A DNA stretch of 64,000 bases from Anthoceros angustus (taxonomy: Eukaryota > Plantae > Anthocerotophyta): contig MU008220.1 in NCBI GenBank assembly GCA_010909165.1, positions 1-64,000 of the forward strand. Reading direction: 5' to 3'. The position numbers and the translations under genes were made by a program. Below are positions 11,601 to 20,987 of this stretch, piece by piece. The stretch's first letter is position 1. Each line of letters opens with the position of its first letter. The notes beneath the pieces are model-generated. The model was not told the DNA's origin. It saw only the letters and a list, made by a program, of their open reading frames with translations, and searched no databases.

Positions 11601-11913
11601 AACCCGTCACAGGCAAATCCACCGTGTCCTTGTACCGCCCATCCCCCTGGACCTGCTCCCCCTCCCCCCCGCCTTCCCCTCCTCCATCACCCACCCTCCT
11701 CTTTCTCGCCATCATCACAACAGGGCCAGTGCTGCTGCCCATGCTGCTGCTGCTGCTGCTGCTGCTTGTGCGCTTGGACAGGCATCTGAGGCCAGAGCAG
11801 AGGGAGTTGCAGCCATGCTGGGCCATGGCGCACACCATGACCATCTTGGGGACGCCATCAGGGGGCCGCCGAGGAAAGCAATTGCAGGTGAGGGACACAG
11901 CTGCTGCCCTCAT
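8698..11913 (-). CDS. ileS: Organellar (plastid/mitochondrial, OVA2-like) isoleucine--tRNA ligase, single exon, about 1071 aa
   Basis: Uninterrupted ORF with first ATG at 11913 (the ORF track starts at a TTG at 11925). Transit-like N-terminus, LHDGPPYANG..HMGH (HIGH motif), GWDCHGLPIE, WTTTPWTLPAN, KMSKS, and C-terminal CERCW...CSRC zinc site. Confidence 0.97.
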   Translation of the reverse strand: MRAAAVSLTCNCFPRRPPDGVPKMVMVCAMAQHGCNSLCSGLRCLSKRTSSSSSSSSMGSSTGPVVMMARKRRVGDGGGEGGGEGEQVQGDGRYKDTVDLPVTGFSMKANSAVREPEIQRVWEEKQVWKRVCEGNQGETFTLHDGPPYANGEVHMGHALNKILKDFINRYQLLRGRKVHYVPGWDCHGLPIELKVLQSMDSETRKELTPMKLRKKAAQFALKTVEQQRKSFKRMGVWGDWEHAYLTLSPEYEAAQIGVFGAMALKGHIYRGRKPVYWSPSSGTALAEAELEYSEDHVSRSVYVAMEVQQVGDGFPVDLKPLAQQGQLGVAVWTTTPWTLPANAAVAVNGDLHYAVVEVQNWPRCRFLYLVVAAELVGRLEAKWGARLEVKGTMLGKALEHCRYRHPLASPDKDKDKDGLLLPVVLGGDYITTESGTGLVHTAPGHGQEDYATGLKYGLPLLSPVDGEGKFTEEAGEKLAGLEVLGDGSAEVVKELEELGILLLEEAYKHKYPYDWRSKKPVIVRATEQWFASVDGFRQAAVEAIGEVEWVPQAGERRILSMTQGRGDWCISRQRAWGVPIPVFYHAESGEALLTDETVAHVQGVVAQRGSDAWWYLTSKDLLPDRYKEEADLWKPGQDTMDVWFDSGTSWAAVVKARQPQLRFPADLYLEGSDQHRGWFQSSLLTSVAAAGQAPFRRVLTHGFVLDERGRKMSKSLGNVLDPMSLVGELGADVLRLWVASVDYTADVSMGTAVTKQLAGVYRKLRGTMRFLLANLHDFRQADSGVGWSQLPAVDRFALFKLGELLGSARECLDGFQFFRFFQLLQHYVVSDLSNSYLDAAKDRLYTGGTGSFTRRACQTVLAAQLLGLARAMAPLLPHLAEDVWQHLPPGLQQGERESVFLAGWPEPEPAWVALPAAEVGVWASLLRLREEVNKVLEQARDGKLIGANLDAAVYLSVVSSGEADDALLRRLRSMQSEHPDHPDALHRFLLTSHAQILASPATAPQDVPYSGNTSSQLWVGVARAPGRKCERCWNYNATVGASGDHPTICSRCVTALAFCTNAPSTPLVAAV

Positions 11914-12237
11914 TGCGCCCCCCAACCTGCACCACCACCCACCTTCAGCTGCTGCTGGTGCTGCTGCTTCTCCAGCGCCCTAGCAATGCATCCATGCGCT
12001 TCGTCTCCGCCACTACTCACTTCTGCTCTAACCTAAATCACACCTTGTCCTGTTTCGTTGTTTCGTTTAATTGGCTCAGTTCATCCTTCTCTACGCCATC
12101 CTACAAAACAAAACACCTCCTCTCTTCATACATGTTGTGCCTGGTATTGGGCACGTCTCATAACCACCTTCCGAATCAGCCCAGTTCATACTGCAACAAG
12201 TGTTGCCCCAAGACTTGTGCCACAGCGCAACTGCGGG
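11914..12237. promoter_or_regulatory. Probable bidirectional promoter between IleRS and LTO1
   Basis: Only 324 bp separate the divergent ATGs (11913 minus, 12238 plus). The LTO1 start is itself predicted. Confidence 0.5.
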
Positions 12238-14230
12238 ATGAGGAACGCCATACAATTGCACCAATCCCTCGTTATCTCCTCCTCTTCCCTCTCGTGGCTA
12301 CCTCCGATAGTCTGCACCTTCATGCATCTCCAGCCTCCAAAGGTTAGTGGCACTGAATCTGCTGGCTCAAATACTGGGAGTATATAGGGGCTGGACCAGG
12401 CTAGGCTATTTGTCTTGCTGCTGCTGCTATCTGCAACCCATTTCCCCTATTGACCAGCGTGCTTCTGCTTGGGGATTAGAGATGGCAAGTGGCAAAGTCG
12501 AGGAACCATTCATTCTCCAAATGGGCCAAGTCGTCTGGAGGTGGCAGACTCGTTACGGCAGCCAGCAATGATGATGACAAAAATGCGCCCGATATACCAA
12601 GTGTCCAGGAAACTGTTGCACCCAGCGAGGATGCGCCCAAGATGCCATATCCATTCCTCACGGCCCTGGGAGTTGTAGGCTTCTTAGAAACCAGCTACTT
12701 GACTTTCACCAAGCTTTCAGGAGGCTCGCTTGCCTGCCCTCTCGGTGCAGAAGGCTGTGCGGACGTACTGAACAGCGAGTATGCATCCTTTCAGGGTAGG
12801 GTAGGGTAGGGTAGGTTATGTCGCTCAACTCGTCTCGCTCCTTGCCTTTGTGAGACACCCGCTGCTGCTCTAACAACCATCGCAATATGCAGGGGTGCCG
12901 CTTTCTGTACTAGGGGTGCTCTCGTATGGAGCTGTTGCAGCGCTGGCCCTTTCTGGGCTGAGAAGGGGGGACCAGGATGACAACAACTTACGACGTTGGT
13001 TATTGTTGGGATTTACTAGTGCCATGGCTGCGGCCAGTGCCTATTTCATGTACGTTCTCACTGTCAAGCTGGAAGGAGCCTCATGTACCTACTGCGTCTC
13101 TTCAGCTCTGTTATCTTTCAGCTTGCTGCTGGCTACTCTTCCGGTGCGGGCCTTCTTTCTCAGGCAGGCTTTGTTACCTGAATTCCAAGCTCATCACACT
13201 TTTCTTGGATTGGAGAACTTGGGTGCACATTGGTGTTGTGACTACCTAAAACCAACTTTTGGCGGTTGGATTTGTTTCCAGGGGTTTTCCTCGAAAGAAT
13301 TCCGCAATGTGCTTGCGCTTCAGCTGGCGATCAGTGCCTCTGTGATTGTTTCATTATCTGTTGGGTTCGCCAGTACCAACGCCTATACGAACACAGCTGA
13401 TTCAAGGTTTGACCTCTACTTCTCCTGCCTCCACGCCACCGTCTGCCTTTGCACCACATTCCTGTTAAGCTATGTCGTCAGCTTGTAACTGACTATGCAG
13501 CAACTACTTTATGGGGTTGCGTTCATCGATGCCATATGCTTAACATGCTGTGGAGTGACGCTCTATTTGTTCATTCTTGCTTGGTTTAGGTCGGCCAGCC
13601 TAGATCTGCCTTATTTGCAGCCTGAGGTGTTGACGGTATCCACACCTCAAGACATCTCGCTGGCCAAGCATTTGCACTCGATCGGGGCCAAAATGTATGG
13701 AGCATTTTGGTGCTCTCATTGTCTTGAACAGAAAGAGGTAAGCCGGTATGACAGAGCTGGCTGGTCACTCACTCCTCCTGACCAACCAGGCTTAAAGCTT
13801 TACTTGTCTCCCTTGTTTCCCATGTTCATCCATCGTGCTCATGATGAAGTTAAGCTCTGACGCAAGGCATCAGAGTCGGGGACATGGTATTACTACCTTT
13901 GCATCTGTGGTAACAGTTTTTGGTGATCCCCTTCTTGGTAGTTGTTTGGGCGTGAAGCGATGAGGTTTCTGGATTATGTTGAATGCTATCCGGAAGGCTA
14001 CAGAAAGGGGGTTGGACTTGCGAAAGCTTGCGAGCAGGTCAAGATAGAAGGTTTTCCAACCTGGGTTATCAAGGGCGAGGTGAGGAGGCTGAACTGAACG
14101 GCCTTGTTGGTCAAGAAAGTAGTACCATCTAACCATCAAACAATTGCAGGTTATTGCAGGAGAACTGGAGTTGCCGGACCTTGCGCGTATGTCAGGATTT
14201 GTGCCCGTGGATGTAGAGAACGCTCAGTAG
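12238..14230 (+). CDS. LTO1: Thylakoid thiol-disulfide oxidoreductase LTO1 (VKOR domain fused to thioredoxin-like domain), spliced
   Basis: Exons give ETSYLTFTKL...CPLGAEGCADVLNSEYA, GVPLSVLG, YFMYVL..KLEGASCTYC, KMYGAFWCSHCLEQKE, LFGREAMRFLDYVECYPEGY and ACEQVKIEGFPTWVIKGE, ending ...VDVENAQ* at 14230. The first exon (12238-12342) is less certain. Confidence 0.92.
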
Positions 14231-14566
14231 ACTAGTGGATTAGGCTCTGGACCTGTTGAGTCCACATATTCCACGTTGGGCCCTCAGGAGTAGCTTCCCC
14301 TCGTCCTATCAGCCTAACTTCGCAGATCATGGGATAACCTCGTTTTCATTTCTCCCGGATTTTATGATGCTGTAGGTACACACGTGGTGCATTTTAGAAA
14401 GAAAGCCGCCGAACGTGCCGAGCAAGAGCATCTTTATCCACCGCCAGGCCCAGTGGCTGAGCTCCGGGTTCCGAGCGTCCGAACCATTCTGAAAGGTATA
14501 GGGCGATTTAAGATCGTTTGGCGAAATTGATCGAGTATTTCTTACAACATCAGCCTTTTTCGGCGC

Positions 14567-15270
14567 GCGAGATAACCGAGATTATACATCAAGTGGCCCC
14601 CAAGGACTCCGGGTTCTGGGCGAGGTAACAAGAATCATATATCAGGGGGCGTGAGATGATAAAGATTATATATAAGTGGCCCCGAAGGACTTCAAGTTCC
14701 GAGCGAGATAACAAAAAACATATATTAGGGGGCTTCAAAAGACCTGACAACAACTGCCCTTTTCACAGAAATCATGCATTAGGGGGCTTCAAAACGAAGG
14801 ACTTCAAAACCTGATAACAAGCTGCCCTTTACACATGCCACACAATAGAGATCACATATTGATTGGGCTTGAGGGTTCACAAGAGGCAGGCCACAAGGGC
14901 TAGGAGTAATTGGGGATAGAGATCACATATTGATTGGGCTTGAGAGTTCACAAGAGGCAGGCCACAAGGGCTAGGAGTAATTGGGGGTGGGTGGTACTGC
15001 ATCTCAGCAGGTCACCAGGTCACCAAGAGCCAGATAATTAATGTAAAGTACATACTAATGCAAACTATCATGAACACCATATTTTACGTAAGGAGTAATT
15101 GGGGGTGGGTGGTACTGCATCTCAGCAGGCCACCAAGAGCCGAGATAATTAATGTAAACTATATACTAATGCAAACTATCATGAACACCATATTTTATGT
15201 CACCAAGAGTGAGATAATTAATGTAAACTACATACTAATGCAAACTATCATGAATATCATATTTTATGTA
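14567..15270. repeat. Cluster of short tandem duplications (~83-bp, ~70-bp and ~68-bp units)
   Basis: GCGAGATAAC...AGGGGGC x2; ATAGAGATCACATATTGATTGGGC...GGAGTAATTGGGG x2; CACCAAGAG..AGATAATTAATGTAAA...CATATTTTA x3. Confidence 0.8.
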
Positions 15271-15521
15271 ACCTCGCCTGTTAAAAATGGTTTGTTGAGA
15301 TCTACCTTCCCCTTTTGACATGAAATTAAGTGCACGAGCAGGTGAGACATTGCGAATATAAGACATTTTCACAAACAAAGGCATAGTCCTTGTAGGGTGA
15401 AATTGAGACTAACGGTCTAGTCATTAGTAGGGGATTTGTAAAATAACCACTCATTAAGAAATTTTACTTCTTGTGTACATCTCTTCTGTTACTTGTGAGA
15501 CCTAGATATGTAAGACCTTCA

Positions 15522-18500
15522 TTGAGTTGAGTTGAGTTGAGTTGAGTTGAGTTGAGTTGAGTTGAGTTGAGTTGAGTTGAGTTGAGTTGAGTTGAGTTGA
15601 GTTATTTGAGTTGAGTTGAGTTGAGTTGAGTGAGTTGAGTTGAGGAGTTGGAGTTGAGTTGAGTTGGTTGAGTTGAGCTGAGTTGAGTGAGTGAGTGGGA
15701 AATTGAGGTGAGCTGAGTTGAGTTGGAGTTGAGTTGAGTCTGAGCTGAGTTGTTGAGCTGAGCTGGAGTTGAGCTGAGCTGTCTGAGAGGAGTTGAGCTG
15801 AGTTGAGCTGAGCTGGAGTTGAGTTGAGCTGAGTTGAGTCTGAGCTGATCTGAGCTGGAGCTGAGCCGAGTTGAGTTGGAGCTGAGTTGATGGAGCTGAG
15901 TTGAGTTAAATTGAGCTGATGAGCTGAGCTGAGTTGAGCTGAGTTGAGCTGAGCAGTTGAGTTGAGTGAGCTGAGTTTTGGAGTTGAGCTGAGTGGAGTT
16001 GAGTTGAGTGAGCTGAGCTGAGTTGAGTTGAGTTGAGCTGAGTTGAGTTGAGTTGGAGTTGAGTGAGTTGAGCTGAGCTGAGTTGAGTGAGCTGAGCTGA
16101 GTTGAGTGAGTGAGCTGGAGTTGAGCTGAGTTGAGAGTTGAGTTGAGCTGAGCTGAGCTTGAGCTGGTAGTCTTGAGCTGAGTTGAGCTGAGTTGAGCTG
16201 AGCTGAGCTGAGCTGGAGTTGAGCTGAGGAGTTGAGTTGAGCTGAGCTGAGTTGAGTTGAGTTGAGCTGAGCTGAGCTGAGCTGAGCTGAGTTGAGTTGA
16301 GTTGAGCTGAGTTGAGCTGAGTTGAGCTTGAGCTGAGTTGGAGCTTGAGTTGAGTTGAGTTGAGCTGAGTTGAGTTGAGTTGAGCTGAGTTGAGTTGAGT
16401 TGCTGAGCTGGTTGAGCTGAGTTGGAGTGAGTTGAGCTGAGCTGGAGCTTGAGCTGAGTCGAGCTTGAGCTGAGTTGAGCTTGAGCTGAGTTGAGTTGAG
16501 CTGAGCTGAGTTGAGTTGAGTTGAGCTGAGCTGAGCTTGAGCTGAGCTGAGCTGAGTTGAGTTGAGCTGGAGTTGAGCTTGAGCTGAGCTTGAGCTTGAG
16601 TTGAGCTGAGCTGAGTTGAGCTGAGCTGAGCTGAGTTGAGCTGAGCTGAGCTGGAGTTGAGTTGAGTTGAGTTGAGCTTAGTTTAGTTGAGTTGAGCTTG
16701 AGTTGAGCTGAGCTTGAGTTGGAGCTGAGTTGAGTTGAGTTGAGTTGAGCTGAGCTTGAGTTGAGCCCCAGAGCTGAGTGAGTTGAGCTGAGCTTGAGCT
16801 TGAGCTGAGTTGTTGAGTTAATTGAGTTAGTTAGTTGAGCTGAGCTTGAGCCGAGCTGAGCTGAGCTGAGTTAGTTGAGCTTGAGCTGAGTTAGTTGAGC
16901 TGAGTTAAATTGAGCTTAAATTAATTAAATTGAGTTGAGAATGAGTTGAGTTGAGTTAGTTGAGTTGAGTTGAGCTTGAGCTTGAGTTGAGCTGAGCTGA
17001 GCTGAGCTGAGCTGAGCTTGGAGCTGGAGTTGAGCCGGAGCTGAGCTGAGCTTGAGCTTGAGTTGAGTTGAGTTGAGTTGAGTTGAGTTGAGCTGAGAGC
17101 TGGAGTTGAGCTGAGTTAAAGTTAGCTGAGTTGAGTTGAGTTGAGCTTAGTTGAGTTGAGTTGAGCTGAGTGAGTGAGCTTGAGCTTGAGCTGAGTGAGT
17201 TGGAGTTGAGTTAGAATGAGTTGAGTTGAGCTGAGCTGAGCTTGGAGTTGAGTTGAGCTTGAAATTAAATTAAATTCTGAGCTGAGTTGAGCTGGAGTTA
17301 GCTGAATTGAGTTGAGCTGAGTTGAGTTGAGTTGAGCTTAAATTGAAATTAAATTGAGCTGAGTTGAGCTGAGTTGAGCTTAGCTGAGTTAGGAGCTGAG
17401 TTGAAATTGAGCTTAGCTGAGTTGAGTTGAGTTGGAGTTGAGCTGAGTTGAGTTGAGTTGAGTTAAGGAGCTGAAATTAAATTGAGTTGAGCTTAGAATT
17501 AATTAGCTGAGCTTAGTTGAGCTGAGTTGAGTTGAGCTGAGTTGAGTTGAGTTGAGTTGAGTTGAGTTGAGTTGAGTTAAATTGAGCTGGAGTTGAGTTG
17601 AGTTGAGTTGAGAATTGAGTAATTGAGAATTAAATTAAATTAAATTAAATTAAATTAGATTAAATTAAATTAAATTGAAATTAAATTAGTTAAATTTACA
17701 CCAGCACAAATTCATTAAATTAAATTAATTAAATAGAATTAACATCCATATACAATTGAGATTAAATTAATTAAATTGATATCTAAATTAAATTAAATTA
17801 AATTAAATTCGATTTCAATTAAATTAAATTAAATTAAGTTAAATTAAATTAAATTATTAAATTGAAATTAAATTAAATTGCATTAAATTAAATTAGTTAA
17901 ATTAAATTAAATTAAATTAGAATTAAATTAAATTGGATTGAGATTAAATTGAAATTAAATTATAATTAAATTGAAAATTAAATTAAATTATAAAATTAAA
18001 TTAAATTAAGTTGGAGAGTTGAGTTGTTGATTGTTGAGTTGTGTGAGTTGGACATTAGATTGAAGTTGAGTTGAGTTGTTGAGTTGAGTTGAGTTGGGTT
18101 GAGTTGGAGTTGAGCTGAGTTGAGTTGAGTTGAGTTAAGGAGCTGAAATTAAATTGAGTTGAGCTTAGAATTAATTAGCTGAGCTTAGTTGAGCTGAGTT
18201 GAGTTGAGCTGAGTTGAGTTGAGTTGAGTTGAGTTGAGTTGAGTTGAGTTAAATTGAGCTGGAGTTGAGTTGAGTTGAGTTGAGAATTGAGTAATTGAGA
18301 ATTAAATTAAATTAAATTAAATTAAATTAGATTAAATTAAATTAAATTGAAATTAAATTAGTTAAATTTACACCAGCACAAATTCATTAAATTAAATTAA
18401 TTAAATAGAATTAACATCCATATACAATTGAGATTAAATTAATTAAATTGATATCTAAATTAAATTAAATTAAATTAAATTCGATTTCAATTAAATTAAA

Positions 18501-18916
18501 TTAAATTAAGTTAAATTAAATTAAATTATTAAATTGAAATTAAATTAAATTGCATTAAATTAAATTAGTTAAATTAAATTAAATTAAATTAGAATTAAAT
18601 TAAATTGGATTGAGATTAAATTGAAATTAAATTATAATTAAATTGAAATTAAATTAAATTATAAAATTAAATTAAATTAAGTTGGAGAGTTGAGTTGTTG
18701 ATTGTTGAGTTGTGTGAGTTGGACATTAGATTGAAGTTGAGTTGAGTTGTTGAGTTGAGTTGAGTTGGGTTGAGTTGGGTTAGTTGGAGTTGAGTTGAGT
18801 TGAGTTGAGTTATTGAGTTGGCAGTTAAAGTTGAGTTGAGTTGAGTTGAGTTGGAGTTTAATGGCTTGATGATTGAGTTAGGTTGGATTGAGAGTAATGA
18901 GTTGAGTTGGTTGAGC
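15522..18916. repeat. 3.4-kb pentanucleotide satellite: (GAGTT)n/(GAGCT)n grading into (AAATT)n
   Basis: Directly visible. It contains a 672-bp higher-order tandem duplication (AGTTAAGGAG at 17461 and 18133; CCAGCACAAA at 17701 and 18373). Confidence 0.97.
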
Positions 18917-18949
18917 TACGACTAGTATAGGCTCTTCTTTTTCACGAGA

Positions 18950-20480
18950 TCCTTCTTAAGCTCTCTTTTGAAATCAAGTCTTGATGGAGTCTCAAGCTTC
19001 TACACTAACAACTCACCTTGTGCTTCTTGGATATCTCAATAGTGCGAGACTTAACATCCATATACACTTCATTGGATCTCATCCACTCCGGGCCTAAGAT
19101 GATATCATGGTCATCCATCCTACTGAAACTCATTTCCTTGCCATGCTTCAACTTGCGGCTTTACTCCATGCAATTCACCAGAAATTGCGAGTCCTTTGCT
19201 TGATTCCATATGGCGTGGAAGTTTGATCCATTCAAGACCAAGCTCTCTAGCCTTACTAGGAGTTATAAAATTGTGGGTGGCTGCAGATTCCAACAACAAC
19301 TCTACATCTAAGCCATTCAACTTCCCACATATATACATGAGATCTCCACCTTTCCTCATTATAGTATCATCCTTGACACTAGATGAATCACCACATGTCT
19401 TCACAACATGTGGCCCCCGGCGTCACCTGGACTCCTCAGGAAGTTCTTGGATCCTCGCTCTTGGAACAGGTGGATTGGCAGCAACCAAATTCAAGTTGGG
19501 AGTTCCAACATGCGGACAATTCCTAGCACAGTGTCCCTCCGCAACTGTAGCACATACCTGAGCTAGGCACTATTCGTCGTCTTCCACGACCCCTGTTATC
19601 TCCTCTAGCTCGGCCTTTGCCAGTAGTCTCATTGGTTCCACTATTCACAGTGGTGGTAGCTCGTCCTCTCCTCTAGATCTACCCACAGGACCTAGGATAT
19701 CTTCCTCTTGATCTGGTGCCTCTTGAATAAACATATCCGGTATGGCATCTGCTGCGCCATGGCCTCTTGCGTGTTTGAGGATTAGTCAAAGCTATCCTAT
19801 TTTGAGCCCATCTCTTAAGGCCGGTGATAAACTTGTGGGTTTGTCCTCATGCATCTCTGGACATTGCAAGACAATAGAGGCTAAACTCACTCCATACTCC
19901 CGCAAAGTTCAAATGCTCGACATTGTCGAGCATCCTTGTATGCTTTTGCATTGCGGGTTGGAAGCAGGTTGCGGTGCTTGCGGCTTGCCGAATGATTGTT
20001 GGCTGCTGATTGCCTTGCCTTACGTTCTCAGCGTAAGTCCTCCACCAAGTAAGAGCATAATCCTCTAAGAAATTCGTGGCGTGCTTCACGTACTCATCTT
20101 CGCACTCATGATTAGTGCGGCTTCAGAGAAAAACCAAGGCGATTTTCTCTAAATCACGCCCATGTGAAGATTGTGGCTCTGATTGCCTTACGCTCAACGT
20201 AAGTCCTCCACCAAGTAAGAGCATAATCCTCTAAGAAATTCGTGACGTGCTTCACGTACTCATCTTCTGACACTCGCATGATTCGAGGTACGCTTCCAAA
20301 GAGAAAAACCAAGAACTGATTTTCTCTACGTCACGCACGCCTTTGTAAGTCTTTGGGGCCTGTATGCTCAGCCTCGACTTCTTAGACTTTTTGGCGGGAC
20401 TGCTCTCAGGCTCAGGCTCCACTTCTTCTCGCTCTTCTTCAACGAGCTTTCGCCTGCCTTTAATTTCCTAATCCAGTCTC
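18950..20480 (-). mobile_element. Ty3/gypsy gag and aspartic protease remnant
   Basis: Gag-like ATNFLEDYALTWW, frameshifted zinc knuckle CYSCG..GHCARNCP, protease LLESAATHNFI (degenerate LLDSGATHNF) and DDHDIILG. Has a ~170-bp internal duplication (20008-20337). Confidence 0.85.
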
Positions 20481-20987
20481 CTCAGTCTCCTCATGTCTCC
20501 TCCTTTTATACTAAGCCCTAGCTACAATCTTAGTAACTATTTACTTAAGCTTTGAGCTATTATTTACTACCACACACTTCCTAGGGCTTAAGGATGCTCT
20601 TAGTAAGCTGCTCTTTAAAACATCCCTCTGCATGGAGCTTTCTTGCAAAGCACTCCAGCCAGCTTTGTTACTAGGTGGATGTTTAAGAAATTTTTTCCCA
20701 AAATTATCGGTGCCAACGGAATCATAGATTCTACGCAATTGTAATATTTTCAGCGTATTGCTGACTTTTTATGATTTCTTTCACACGAAAAAATAATGGA
20801 CACTAAGACAATAAACAATTTACCCACCCGACCATCGACCTAGTTTTACAATTCCCATCAATTACGTATTCTAAACCGAAAATCTATTTGGCATTTGCTA
20901 GACTCCTATCCGACAGACTGTCAATATTACTAATGGACATCTTACCACGTGAGACGAAAAGAATGGTTTCTACTCCTCGGACAAACA

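Noticed and set aside
8698-11913. IleRS as recent bacterial HGT or contamination
   Set aside because: It has an N-terminal transit-like extension with CAG-derived poly-Ser and is contiguous with spliced plant genes.
15640-17400. Resemblance of (GAGCT)n to the mammalian immunoglobulin S-mu switch region
   Set aside because: The context is plant, there are no Ig genes and no GGGGT interspersion. Treated as convergent simple repeat.
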